The position numbers were made by a program, and so were the translations under genes. The notes under the pieces are model-generated. The model was given only the letters and a program-made list of their open reading frames with translations. It was not told the DNA's origin and made no database searches. From Marsupella aquatica (taxonomy: Eukaryota; Plantae; Marchantiophyta): DNA of 64,000 bases. Below, piece after piece: positions 1-11,728 of the stretch. Numbering within the stretch: position 1 is the first letter of the stretch; every line of letters begins with the position of its first letter. The stretch spans positions 6,004,166 through 6,068,165 of the forward strand of contig OZ316896.1 in assembly GCA_973895155.1 (NCBI GenBank), read 5' to 3'.

Positions 1-716
1 GGTTTGAGATTAGCTAAAGTTGTTAGAAGTCTCGTCCATGGATAGCCGTCATTATCCCTATCCATGTCCTGAAGACCATATCCTCGATGAAATTGACCTT
101 TGACCGGAGGAAGCTCAAAAACGCAGTTTCCGTTGTATGAAGTGGGCAAAGTTTGCACTTGAATCTCCTTCCAATCGTTTCCCCTGCGGAAATTTGCCAA
201 CTCGCTTGACCCAGTAATATTGAGGAAGGCATCATATGCACTAACACGATAAAGAACTGGCTGAGATTGAAACTCATTTTGACTCACTGCTTCAAAAATG
301 GATTTCTCAGAAGACTTTGTCGACACAGAAGAGAGATCCCTACCCACACTCTTAGGGGAGATGTCAATAATTTCTGGTACTGCAACTGAGGGGCGAGTCG
401 GGGATTCTGGATCGGAAACATTGATATGTGCAATGTCATCCTTACATGAGACTAGCTCTACATCTGAACCACACTTCAGGTCCCAAGCTCTTTCTGGCAA
501 TATTCCTGAACCATTATCCGACACCTCGTGACTTCTGGATCCATCCCGAGAGTAAAGAATGAACAACTTCCAGATGAAATCATCTTTCAAAAGCCCAAAC
601 CTCGATGAGAGAAAAGACTCCTTGACAGAGATAATAGTATTCTCCGGAACATCCAGAACAACAACATCACCCGTCTTCTTTCTCTCGATCACAACCTTCG
701 ATCCCAATGACGACAT
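1..716 (-). CDS. N-terminal 238 aa of a putative DNA-transposon transposase (bryophyte MULE/SWIM-type-like); runs off the window start
   Basis: Hand translation from the ATG at 716 is open to the window edge (absent from the ORF track because it has no stop): MSSLGSKVVIERKK...QVQTLPTSYNGNCVFELPPVKGQFHRGYGLQDMDRDNDGYPWTRLLTT. The LP-x-x-[FY]-[ND]G-x-x-x-FELPP...MD-x3-DG-x-x-W motif resembles N-termini of bryophyte TE proteins as I recall them. The family call is recollection, not a search. Confidence 0.55.
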   Translation of the reverse strand, partial: MSSLGSKVVIERKKTGDVVVLDVPENTIISVKESFLSSRFGLLKDDFIWKLFILYSRDGSRSHEVSDNGSGILPERAWDLKCGSDVELVSCKDDIAHINVSDPESPTRPSVAVPEIIDISPKSVGRDLSSVSTKSSEKSIFEAVSQNEFQSQPVLYRVSAYDAFLNITGSSELANFRRGNDWKEIQVQTLPTSYNGNCVFELPPVKGQFHRGYGLQDMDRDNDGYPWTRLLTTLANLK

Positions 717-910
717 GCTGGAAGTTTTGGACATTACAGTCTACAACAATCCTCAAATGTGAGATACTTTTCTCTCTTCTTTCTTCAAATACATATGAGG
801 AAACGTGCTTGTGTAGGTGTTGGACTCAACGTATTTATTTAATAAATGCCTCTCATTCCCGTTATCTGACCGTTATTTTGTCTTATATGACACTATTTAC
901 GGAATGATAA

Positions 911-1024
911 AGCTAGCGATCTCGCTAGCTCAATGAACCAAGTAAAATTGTTCAAATCCTTACAAAACACCCTTCACGAGTTCATGTATTTAGTGATCAA
1001 TTTTTGGCTAGCGATGTCGCTAGC
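911..1024. promoter_or_regulatory. Two palindromes GCTAGCGA-NN-TCGCTAGC in the divergent promoter
   Basis: AGCTAGCGA-TC-TCGCTAGCT at 911-930 and GCTAGCGA-TG-TCGCTAGC at 1007-1024. Further copies at 2172-2189 and 4369-4386 (introns). Function is inferred. Confidence 0.6.
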
Positions 1025-1410
1025 AAAAATAGTTTCTCATAAGAGACCATTATGACCGTTTATATCCGTTGGAATTGGTCAACGGGTACCTATATGTCAA
1101 CGGTATGGTACAGTACCGGACACCTGTCTCTTTGTCATTCGATACTTTTCTTTCAGTCATGAGTTCGGTGGTTCGTATTTCCGGAAGTACATGTATACCT
1201 GACGGTGTCTGAAAAATGATTGCGAGGAGAGTCGTACAGAATATCTGTATCTCTTTTCACGACCGGGCGCTGCATTCAGGTGAAAGCAACAGACGAGGGT
1301 ATGATTCTGTCTTTGATTGGAAGATTGATTCTCGGGTTTCTTTATGTTCGCAAAGCGTGTCACCCTCGACCTTGACCTGTTCATACCCTTATCACTTCAC
1401 GGACCCCCTG

Positions 1411-4400
1411 ATGGAGCCATTGTCTTCACCAGAGAGCTTGTCATCAATAGGATCTTTCAAGTCAGTCGAGTCAAGCCAAAGGGAGACAAGGTCTACAGTG
1501 AACAAGAAGGCACTCCAGGCGGGATTGAAAACACCGAGGAGGCCCAAGATGGTGAACCAAGTAGATGTTGTGAATCCAACGTTTCAACCTGGAGCTTCAG
1601 AACCCTATTCTGTTGTCATCAATCGCCATCTTTTCCCTTTTGGAAATGACGAATTTGGATTCCCGCTCGCTCCTCCGAGGATTCCCCTTTGCAGAATGCG
1701 AAACATGCAGATCGTTCGGTCCTTGCAAACAAACTCGATTGTGATCGAGACACTCAAGAATGAATTCCGGACGCAGGGATACATCGAAGATGCTCCTTGA
1801 TTTTACGTCCAAATGACCGGCGAAGATGGCCTTGTCCAGATGTGCGAGGATGTGATTCGGGAGTCATGGGATGACATGTGGATTCTTCAAAATGAAGAAT
1901 TCGAGAGGGAATGTGATTCTCACGAAGCTTTCAAAATTTTGAAAGATAAAATGTTCTGTGTTTTCGATGGAAATCATCGTCTGTACTCATGGATGCAGCT
2001 TGCGGACGAGAATCCCCATGATGTCAAATATCATCCTCGAGTTGTTTGCCGAATTTTCAAGGGTGACAAGAACTCATTCGTGCAGATTGAGTCGGCAATG
2101 CATGCGCTGAATAGTTTTGTTTCTTTTCCTTCAAGCTGTGAACTCTATATAAAATTCTTTCATTTCCTCTTGTTAGCGATCTCGCTGACCTGTTTCTTTT
2201 GTTCAGGTTGACTCAATGTCACGTTGAGAATTCTTGGGTCCTTGAAGCAGAGAGAGTCCACAAGGTGCTCAGTAATGACCTTTCTGTATACAAAGATATC
2301 ATCGATGCAGACAACTACAAACTTTTCCAGCAGAAGATGGCAAATATCAGGAAACTGGCTTGGTATTCGAAGAACATGACACTCGATGCCTGCACGTACA
2401 TTCTGTCTGCTGCTAATATTGCAGCGCAGACGGAAGATTTGAAGAAGAAGTTTCAGTTGAAAGAAGCGCAAGGAGAACCTCTTTCAAAAGCTGCACAAGA
2501 CATGGCAGTCAAAGACATGATGAAGGAGCAACTGGCAGATTGGAATGTGAAGGTGCCAAAGATTGGACCTCTCCTGAATCCTGAGTTTGGTGACTTTTTC
2601 CAGAAGTGTGTTGAGATGCACAACTACTGCAAACATGAGAGGAAGGAGGCCCAACGAACAGACGATAAAGGAAGGGGTAATGTGTCACGTGGTCTCGATC
2701 GTGCGAGGCTATTTACGGGTGTCTCATCGTTGACTCCGCAGCTCAGATGTGTACTCCTCGAGGCACAATGCAGACCTGAACTTCGCAAGAAGTACTTCCA
2801 CCTTGGTCAATTCTCGGACAGCGAAACAAAACTTTGGCTTCACCGATGGGCTGTATGGGAGCAGGTTTAGTCAATTTGTTCTTCGCTCATGTCTGAGATT
2901 ATTTCAGAGATGATCCCAACTGTTCTAGATGCAAGGATCCTTACCTCGTCTGAGAAGACAAAGCCATCGCTGATCCTTGACATAGAGGAGGACTTTGAAG
3001 ATTTCCAAACGAGAGTGAAATCTCATTTTTTCAAACAGATTTGGCCACCAAAGTCGGGTGAGAAGATTGACATCTCACTTTTTCGGAGGAGGGCGAAGAG
3101 ATATACGTATCGTTTTTTTGTGGATAGAGAAGTTGCTGACAAAACATATTGGTGGTCCTATCCTGCTTGCTTCTCGCCTTGGATAGCAGGAGTGAAAGAG
3201 GATCCAACCTCTGTTAAATATGGAGAGTACTCGATGTACCCATGTGAGGGAGTGGAGGCTCCAAGGAAGATGAGTGAGTGGGAAGTCCTTCACTGTCCAT
3301 GGTATTTAGAATCAGACAAATGGGCAGTGACATTTGACACAGCAGAGAAGGCAGCTTTTCATATGATAAATCGAGGCTTGATACCAGAGTCGTACATTAC
3401 AGAGTCCAAATTAGCTCTTGCAGAAGCCGAGGCTGGTGGATGTGAGGCAATGGAGAAAGTTGTTCTTGGTGTAGCTACCATTGTCGACCGGAGTAGATCG
3501 AGGAGACCTCGGAAGGTGCCGGTGAAGGACACGTCCAAAGATGGATCAGTCTTGTCTGGGAAGCAAAGTAAGTCTTTTTCTCCTCTTTTTTTCATACCTC
3601 ATTCGGAGTAATTTTGTCTCAGTCACCTGTCTGACATTAACATGTTTTTCAGAGAAGAGAAAGGCTGCAGCCTCTGGCAGTTTGAAGAGTGGGGCGGATG
3701 ATGGAGAAGAACCCAAGTCTCCTGATGTTGAGGTCACAACAAAATCTGCTGTGGACCTAGGTTCAATCAAGCGTTTAAAGAGGAAGCGCAATGTCCAAAT
3801 TCTCTCCGACTCGGATGAGGAGGAAGCATGCGTTGCGCAAGGAGTAGCACGAATGTGTGGTCTTAAGAAGGACGGTGAGAGGCATTTCTTGGCGAACAGC
3901 AATCTCACGGAAACTGCAAACTCAATTAGCCAGAGGAAAGTAAGACCTCCCTGGATGGGCGATGCGGATCAATGGTTGTCTGGAATGAGCAAATCGATCG
4001 AACACCCAAACGCCGTGATGATCAACGGAAAACATTACGCTGGAATTGGTGCTCACTTGGGTTTCATATTCTTTCCCACGGGTCATCGAACAAGCGTCAC
4101 AGACCGTGAGGTCCCGAAGTGGAATGTTTGGAGTGAGAAATTACCATATTATTTCTTTGGAGTCATGCGTCCGATGCTTGCCGATGATGGTTATGTCGCA
4201 GTTCTTCACAGCTCTGACTATAACCATATGAGGCAAAAAAAAATTGCCGTCGAGCAGAAAAACAAATTTAAACATGTCCGGCAGTATTCGGTTTTGCTTT
4301 CATCTCCTTTGTATCAGGCAGATATGGACATCGAGGTAAGATATCCTCCATATTTTTGTGCAATTTTTGCTAGCGAGCTCGCTAACCAAAAGTGCCCATT

Positions 4401-4934
4401 TCTTACATATTCTCATTTTCAATTCAGGTGGTTACTCTCATTATGGATGTCTTCTGCAAGGTGGAATTCTCGGCAAAAGTCCCGAAACATACAGGATATG
4501 TTCCAATGACTTCCTCGGAGGATGCCCGCCATAAATCGATGTTGAGTGTTTGCTACCCAAAAACTGATCCCAGTCCCAGGGCGGCTTTCGCAGGTTCCAA
4601 TAGATTGTCAATTGGGTTCATGCAAGCCGTAATGGAGATCCTTTCTTTGCCAAAGGACATTGTCATTGACTGGACTGTTGGAGATGGAAGTGCTTTTGCC
4701 GCTGGGGAATACGCTGGGAGATTTGTTTTTGGTGTTGAAGATCGAGACATTCTTCATCTGTGTGCGCAAAGAACTTTGGCAAATGTGTTGGATAGACATG
4801 CCCAGAAGTTGAAAGGGGCCGCAGACCCGAAAAATGATGATCCCAATGATGAAGGGTCGGATGATGAGTTCACCATCCCATGAGATGATCAGGGAGGACC
4901 TTCAGACGAGAAGGATGAATTCGACCTGGAGTAA
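1411..4934 (+). pseudogene. 4-exon gene for a ParB/sulfiredoxin-like domain plus a degenerate beta-class N4C/N6A DNA methyltransferase-like domain (~1,070 aa); TE cargo
   Basis: Exons ~1411-2114, 2207-3567, 3653-4335, 4428-4883 (possibly to 4934) are phase-compatible. Introns 3568-3652 and 4336-4427 are GT-AG; the intron-1 donor at 2115 reads TT (mutated). ParB-like motif FCVFDGNHRLYSW. MTase-like motifs GFIFFPTG...RPMLADDGYVAVLH and LSLPKDIVIDWTVGDGSAFAAGEYAGRFVFGVE. In-frame stops at 1798 (TGA) and 2868 (TAG). Confidence 0.75.
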
Positions 4935-7900
4935 AGCACTTGGCCTTTGATGTAGAACTCCCTATTTGGTGTTTTTCTTTTGTTTATAGAATTTTCGGAT
5001 GTGTAGTATTGATCCGATTCTGGTGATTTCTTCAGTGATAGGCGTTCGGATTGGTTTTCGGAGGAGAGATTCCATCTTCGGAAAGAAATCGAGGATCATT
5101 TTCTTGTGACCCCTGAGAAGGGATTTGCGCTTCCATGCTATCCTGAAAAGACTGCAAAGGAGGTTGATGAAGCGCCCGTCGTTTTGACTTGGGAGGGGAA
5201 AGGTCTGCGGTCAGTGAGGGGTGTTCGGAAAGCCCTTTACTGCCCTCAGTTCATAGATGATGAGGCTGGGACTGTAGCACAGTATGTTGACGGTTTGGCT
5301 GAGGAGACTGATAGGGAGTCCAGTAGCGATCCTAGTAATTCCTCAGATGATTTGGAATCAGAGGATTCTCAATGACTCATGGTCAATTTCAGATGCAATC
5401 TCATTCCAGAAGATATTTGTCATACCAAAGTTTTATTAAAGATGGATTGTGAATGGTTTTTTGACCTGGTTTTGTTGACAGTGATGATGCCTTTTCATTC
5501 AGTTCAGTGTAGTGAAGATCTTGATTTTTGAGTTTGTGAATATTTAAGTATCTGCATTTTCATTTTCCGTAACTGTTTCACAATATATATCGACAATCTT
5601 ACTTGGGAATGCGCCTTAACTACCCTGAAGTTACGCACAAACTTGCCTCGCTAGCATGCTGTCCTCGCTAGCAAAACTCCTGTTTGCTCGCACAATAGAA
5701 TACCTCCTTCTAGTGTATATGTTTGTCCAAGTGCTATATAGTAACGATGGGGATGGAATCTCATTAAAACCTCCCCTAGTTTCTTTTGGGAGGAAAGAGT
5801 GTTCCCATCCCCCCTTCTTAGAGTGTATTGTAATGTAATTTATTGAGCCTATGGGGTAATATCTAAGTTGAAGTATATTGTGTCACCTAGTATGATAAAT
5901 TGAACTACAGTTAGTAGTCTTGTAGAACTACTCGATCAGATTAGGTTGTTTGTAAGACTAGCTGTAGTCGATGGGGTAAGTGTTGATGATGAATGAGCGT
6001 AGTTGTCACAATTCAAAGTAAAAGGAATTGAGATCCGCCGATAAATGACTTTGGATTGTAAGATCAGAGGTCAAAGGAATGGTTTGCATATATCAGGGAT
6101 CGGAGGCGAAATTCATACCAAGCTCTTGTCTGTGTCTTTGTCCAGCTTTTAATTGGTAAATTAGTTGCTCCTGTGCGCCTGTTTGAAAGCCTTTGACTCA
6201 TTGCACTTTAGCCTTGTTGGTGTAGTTTTGCTCTTGAAACCTGGAGTCTCTCTCATCTGAGTTCTTCATGCTTGGTTGAATCTAGTTTCCAATGAACTCT
6301 TTGATGAATGCCATTGCAGTCCCTCAATCCAATCAATAATGTGTACATTTTGCTCTCTTGTTTCTCCCATTCATTTTATTCTTTGGCTTTGCTTGTAGCG
6401 TTGTTGTTGGCTTTTCAAAATATGGTTGTGGGATTGCTTTGCTTTCAAACAAATGTTGGTCCGAGTCACTAATAGATTCTGGCAGAAAAAAACAAACATA
6501 GTGCTCGCAACCTATAGTAAGTTGCGTTGTTTAGGTGGAGGCTGTTGTTTTTATCTTCTTGCTATGCAGCATCGGGTAGTAATAGGCTACATTACGTGTT
6601 AAAGTTGATTTTTATTCCTTGTTATCTGTTCCTGAGTCTGAAGTTCCTTGCATTGGTTTCCCATGTCCTCTATTTGATTCCTACAGCAATTTGAAAAGAT
6701 TGTGCATGCCTATGGAGTGAGTTAGTTCTTGATGTATTGCAGGTGGTAAGGATTTTGTGAAGTCAGAGCTTTGCATAATTATGCTGGCTTGGAATCCACT
6801 GGATGTCAATTGTCATCCCATGTTGCTCGTGAGAGAAAAAGAATTTAGGTGCAATGTGCTTAATCTGTTCCGCACATGCCCTGTTATCCTCAAATAGCAT
6901 AGTTGAAGAGGTCAGTCTTGGCTTACCTGTGTGTTGGAGAACATGGTCTATAACATGGTGAAGCCATATACATTCACGGCTGGCCTCATACAATGCTAAA
7001 ATCTCCTAATGGTTTGAAGAAGTTGTGGTTAGGGATTGCTTTGTGCTCGTCTAGGAGATGGTTGTAGGGCCAATAAGAAGACATACCCTATATGAGATTT
7101 TGCGTCTGCTGGGTCTGAAAGGTAGCCTGCATCAACGTATCAGTTATGTTACAATTATTCATGGCTGGGAAATGTAGTCCCATATTTGTAGTGCCATTTA
7201 AGGATTTGAATTTTTTTTAGGACATTCCAGTGGCGAATGGTTGGCTGAGAGTTGTGGCGTGCCAATAAATTCATAGCAAAAGCTATGTTAGGGCAAGTTT
7301 GATTTGCAATAAACATTAAGGCCCCTATTGCAGATAGGTATGGCTTTTCGGAGCCAAGTAGTGGCTCCTCCTCCGTTCTTTAAATTTGGAAAATATCTTT
7401 TTCTCTATCCAATGCTTGCAGATCCATTGGTGATTCGACTGCTTTTGCTTTTTGCATGTTAAATTGCTTTAGCATTCTACGTGTGTATGTAGATTGATGG
7501 AGTAGTATTCCATCAGAAAGGTGTTCAAACTGTAGTCCAAGGTAGAAGGTAGTCTTGCCTAAATCTTGCATTTCAAATACGTGTTTTAGCAGCTTTATAG
7601 TTTCCAGCATTACCTTGCTAGTGTCAAATAAATTTAAGTTGTCCACGTATATGACTACAATTATGAACTCACTGCTTTCAAGTTTGATGAATAGGCATGG
7701 GGCGATGTCGGAATTCTTGAATCCCATAGCAAGCATCTTAGCTTTAAAACGCTTGTACTAGGTCCGTCCACTCTGTTTAGCCCATACATAGAGCTCCCCC
7801 TGAATTGATTAAAAGAGTTGGCCATACAAAAGCTTGGGTTTTCTATAGATGCTCCCATTGACTATGGTAGTCAACTCTTTTAATTAATTCAGGGGGAGCT

Positions 7901-8949
7901 TCCATGTGTATAGTCGTATCTAAGTGACCGTATAAATAGGCTGTAACAATATCCATCTGATGTATGGATAGTCTGTGATGGAGTGAAAAGGCTATGAGGT
8001 ATTTGTATGTTATTATATCCATCACAAGGGAACCAGTCAGTTCATAGTCTCTTCCTGGGATTTGAGTGAATCCCTTGGCGACAAGATGGGCTTTATATCT
8101 CTTATGCATTGCGCTTTTTAATAAACATCCATTTATACCCAATGAGGTGTGTATAAAATGAAACTGGAGTAATGGACCCAAAAACCTGATGTGAAATAAG
8201 GGAGTCCAATTCTGAGTTTATTGCCAGTTCCCAGTCTTGCCAATCAGGTTGTTGGAAAGCTTCAATAATCTTTATAAGATTAGGTAGGTCGTCCATTATC
8301 TCTTGTGAGATTTGAAATGCAAATTGATCATTTAATGAAGTTTTTACTGAGTTGTCCCAAATGTGTCCGATATTGCTATAGTTGATTGCAATTTCCTCAT
8401 TCTCAGTACTTGGTATTTGAGTAGGTGTAGCATTTACCAATGGGGTGGCCTTGAAAGGTACTTCTCCCCCTATTGCTGCCTCTGCCTAGGAATGGGTTTT
8501 CGTATCCATTTTGCTGTCGGGTTCTGCTGAGTATTGAAGTGCAATTTTGGGGTCAGTTGTGGGGGTAGAGTTCCAGGGAGTCTCTCCTTTGTATTCTGCT
8601 GCAACAAAATCTGATGTTTTTTGGATAGCAACATGTGAGCAATAAGTTCAGAGTATTTAGTAAAGTTCATATTCCTGTATAGCGTCGATAGTTTCAGATT
8701 TGTGGAATGAAATGTGGACAATGTTTTTTTCTATTTGCTCTTCATCTCCCACCAGATGTCCATAGATTGCCAGTTGGGAGACAATCTAAACAATTTGTTG
8801 TTGTAATCTGCGATTGTTTTGTGGTCCTAAACTTGAAGGTTGACCCAATCATGCCTGCCTGCAGGGAGAAAAATTGTTCGTGTATGATCAAACCTGGAAT
8901 GAAGCTCATCCCATAAGAGGCGGGGGTTATATTCATTCATATACTGTCG

Positions 8950-9098
8950 TTTAGGGGATTGGCTAGTTGATGCCTAATTAGGATTAGTGCTTGGGCCTTT
9001 TGCTGTAGAGTTGGGCCATTACTATTGTTTTAGGGGATTGACTAGTTGATGTCTAATTAGGATTAGTGCTTGGGCCTTTTGCTGTAGAGTTGGGCCAT
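8950..9098. repeat. 79-bp tandem duplication inside copia gag
   Basis: taggggattg(g/a)ctagttgatg(c/t)ctaattaggattagtgcttgggccttttgctgtagagttgggccatt at 8952 and 9031; frameshifts gag. Confidence 0.9.
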
Positions 9099-9674
9099 TG
9101 TCTGTTAAAATTGCATCTTGTAAATTCTTTGAGGCGAGATGTACCTTGATGTCTAATGACCATGAAAGGTAATTGGAGCCATCAATGTGTAATGCTTGAA
9201 AGTGAATGTTCTCAATGGTATTATTTGCCATTGTCTTTATTCCAATGATATGGGTCCTTGGTTATGTAATCCCTATTGATTTTGTGGTGTGCACCTTCCC
9301 CACTTGGGATTAATGAATCTTCAAATTTCTTGTGGAAAAAATGGTTAGGGAGGAGAGTAATTATCTAGTGTGATCTCAATTTGTAGATCAGACGTATTCT
9401 TGGTGTAGTTTAATCAATGTGAGGAGATGAGGCCCTCATGAATCAATTTGGATCTTGCCTTTCTGGTCCATTCCTAGGCTCACTGAACTTTGGGAGGGGA
9501 AAATGAATCACACTAAAGGGCACTCCATGCTCCGAGCATAGAACCTCAATTCCTTATGTGATTGGGGCCTTTCCAAATCTGCCTTTCCTAATTAGGGATT
9601 GCAAAAGAATTTCTGCCACATTGGGATGTTGTTGCCTCGTTCTATCCCTCTCTAAAAAAATTGCTAGAGCTATT

Positions 9675-9818
9675 CACGCTGATAACGTGTTGAATACTAC
9701 TGATCTTCTTCTCATTCATGTGGGTAATATATACATGGAGGTAGTTAGAGAAGTGGTGGTTGTAGTAAGTACCTATGGTTACCATGGTCTAAGGTAGACT
9801 TATCCTTGGGTTATAACA
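9675..9818 (-). repeat. Short 5' LTR (9688-9818, ~131 bp) and Bianca-type primer-binding site
   Basis: TGTT...AACA termini at 9688/9818. On the minus strand, ...CAACA is followed by CGTTATCAGCGTG, matching the ACACGTTATCAGCACG-type junction of Bianca elements. No partner 3' LTR found. Confidence 0.7.
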
Positions 9819-11728
9819 CTTTCAATTTAATGGACACAATTTGGTCCCTCCTTTTCCAGATTTTGTAAGCAAACAAAAGTGAGAAAAAGATGGACAAACA
9901 TATTATAGTAGTTAGATATGGTGTAATTTTGATTATGTGTTATTGTAGTCTACTTATGAATCAAAATTTTGGTTTCAAGTTGGGATATATTTTGAGTATT
10001 TAATCATAATTGAGAGAGTGGTAAATTGCTCAAGATATATTATGCTTCATAATTGAGAGTGGATAGAAAATGGTTCAATTTTCATTAGTTTTGTATTTTG
10101 ATTGCAAAACCATTATAGATTGTGCATTGTTTTTTATATTGCTTCTTTCAATATGGATTTTCAAATCTGTAATGCATTATCTTTTGGCAAGGTTTATTTC
10201 CCACTAAGTTGAAAAATTTGGTCATTATTGTTATCTGGTTTGAGCCAGAGGATGAGGAAAATCCCTTTGATTTTATGTGAAAGTTATTTGAATTGGGGTT
10301 TAGTGAGATTTTGAGTTAGAGATGGAAAATAATGCGACTAAACAAAAATGATATATAAGTCATATAGAGGGCTTAAAAGATTTTAAAGAAGAGAGAGTTT
10401 GATTTATTGAGGGCAACACGTGGCTTTTTGAAATTATTCAAAAATGAGATTAAAGAAATTATGAAGGAAGTAGAGGGAGACTAACTTAGTTGACCCCCAG
10501 AGGTATGAGTTTGGGTTGAAAGGAAGCCAAAAGAAAATTGAATCAAAGACAAGCTTACTTGGGCAGATGCCCGGGCAGATGAAATTAAGAATAAGGGAAT
10601 AAAGTCCACAAGGCTTCTAAAAAAACATGATAAAAATGTTGGTGGATAAAAGAGGAACCAGGACAAACTAGAACATTTGTGGAGAGACAGAAAAGCCAAC
10701 ACAAAAGCCACACGTTGAACAATCAGATGAATTGACTCACCTCTACCCGACTTGTAAAATGAATGTTGGAGTTTATTGTACATCTCAAAATGGATATTAC
10801 AAGTTTTTGTTTGTTTAAGCAAAAACATTTGAAATTTAACTTAGTAAGACTATGAGATGAAATGAGTAATCACATGTACCTTTTTATGGGATTGGCAAAT
10901 TTACCCTAAGTGCCCAAGGCAAAATAGGAAACGCAAATCAAGACAAAGAACTACCATGAATATTTATGTTACAAGATAAAAGAAGCACAATGATGAATGA
11001 AGTTATGTTTAGATTGTTTTGGCAAAACCATGGACCACAATTGAGCTAGCTTTGGACCTTGCCTGATCGGATACCCAAGACCCCACTGATGGCCAATAAA
11101 AACTACAAAGTTTTTGGTAATCTCTAGAACTTGAGTAAAACATATAAAGACTACTCTAAGCCCTTAATTTGAAACAAAACTTTTATGTGCATGTAGGTCT
11201 GATTTAGAATAAATATCTTACAGACAAAATATGAAAAACTATCTTTTGAATGCATGGTGTAACATTTTATTTCACACAAATGAATTGTATGTGGATATAT
11301 AGAAACTTTGCATGATAATATGCTAAACTGACTTTAACAAAAAGTTATGTCATCTACAGATTTGTTTGGATTATTTCAGAGTTATTCAAAAATATTTGAC
11401 CATTATCATTTGTTATATTTTTCACATCAACATACTAATTTACAGAAATTGATAGCTATGTCATGGCAGTAAAATTGTTACTTTTGACCAGTGGAAAGAG
11501 TGTTGTGGGCAAGAAGCTTTCTCACTATGCACCAACCCCATCATTAAATTTGTTGATTCCTTTATTGCTCACCTAAGTAGTTTGATGGTTAATCTTCTAT
11601 CTTTGCTCTCTTTAACTCATGTTTTCTACAATATTTACTATAAAACAAATATATCTATCATTATTTTCATTTGCTTTTATTGCCCTTGTTGCTCCCACTA
11701 TGCTCAGTAATGAATATCATGTCTATGA

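Larger units (their letters stand above)
1..5700. mobile_element. Putative DNA transposon (right part): divergent transposase-like ORF and ParB-MTase cargo gene
   Basis: Head-to-head ORFs share a ~700-bp spacer. The same palindromic motif occurs in the spacer, in two introns and as half-sites at 5648-5672, near where the sequence character changes. The left end lies outside the window, so TIR/TSD cannot be verified. Confidence 0.5.
6680..9818 (-). mobile_element. Degenerate, internally deleted Ty1/copia retrotransposon (Bianca-like)
   Basis: gag start MANNTIENIHFQALHIDGSNYLSWSLDIKVHL (9231). RT fragments YKAHLVAKGFTQIPGRDY, QMDIVTAYLYG, IYVDNLNL, MQDLGKTTFYLGLQFEH. RNase H EASRECIWL...LFEDNRAC...HIAPKFFFSHE. 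Many stops and frameshifts; no protease or integrase seen between gag and RT. Confidence 0.9.

Noticed and set aside
23-277. Listed 84-aa minus-strand ORF
   Set aside because: It overlaps the longer 716-to-edge frame, which carries the recognisable motif, in a different phase.
5106-5375. 89-aa acidic ORF downstream of the ParB-MTase gene as a third gene
   Set aside because: GTG start, short, no recognisable domain or clear exon structure; it may be an element remnant but cannot be supported.
5820-6660. Possible solo LTR
   Set aside because: TG...CA boundaries are ambiguous, with no TSD, no second copy and no convincing PBS.
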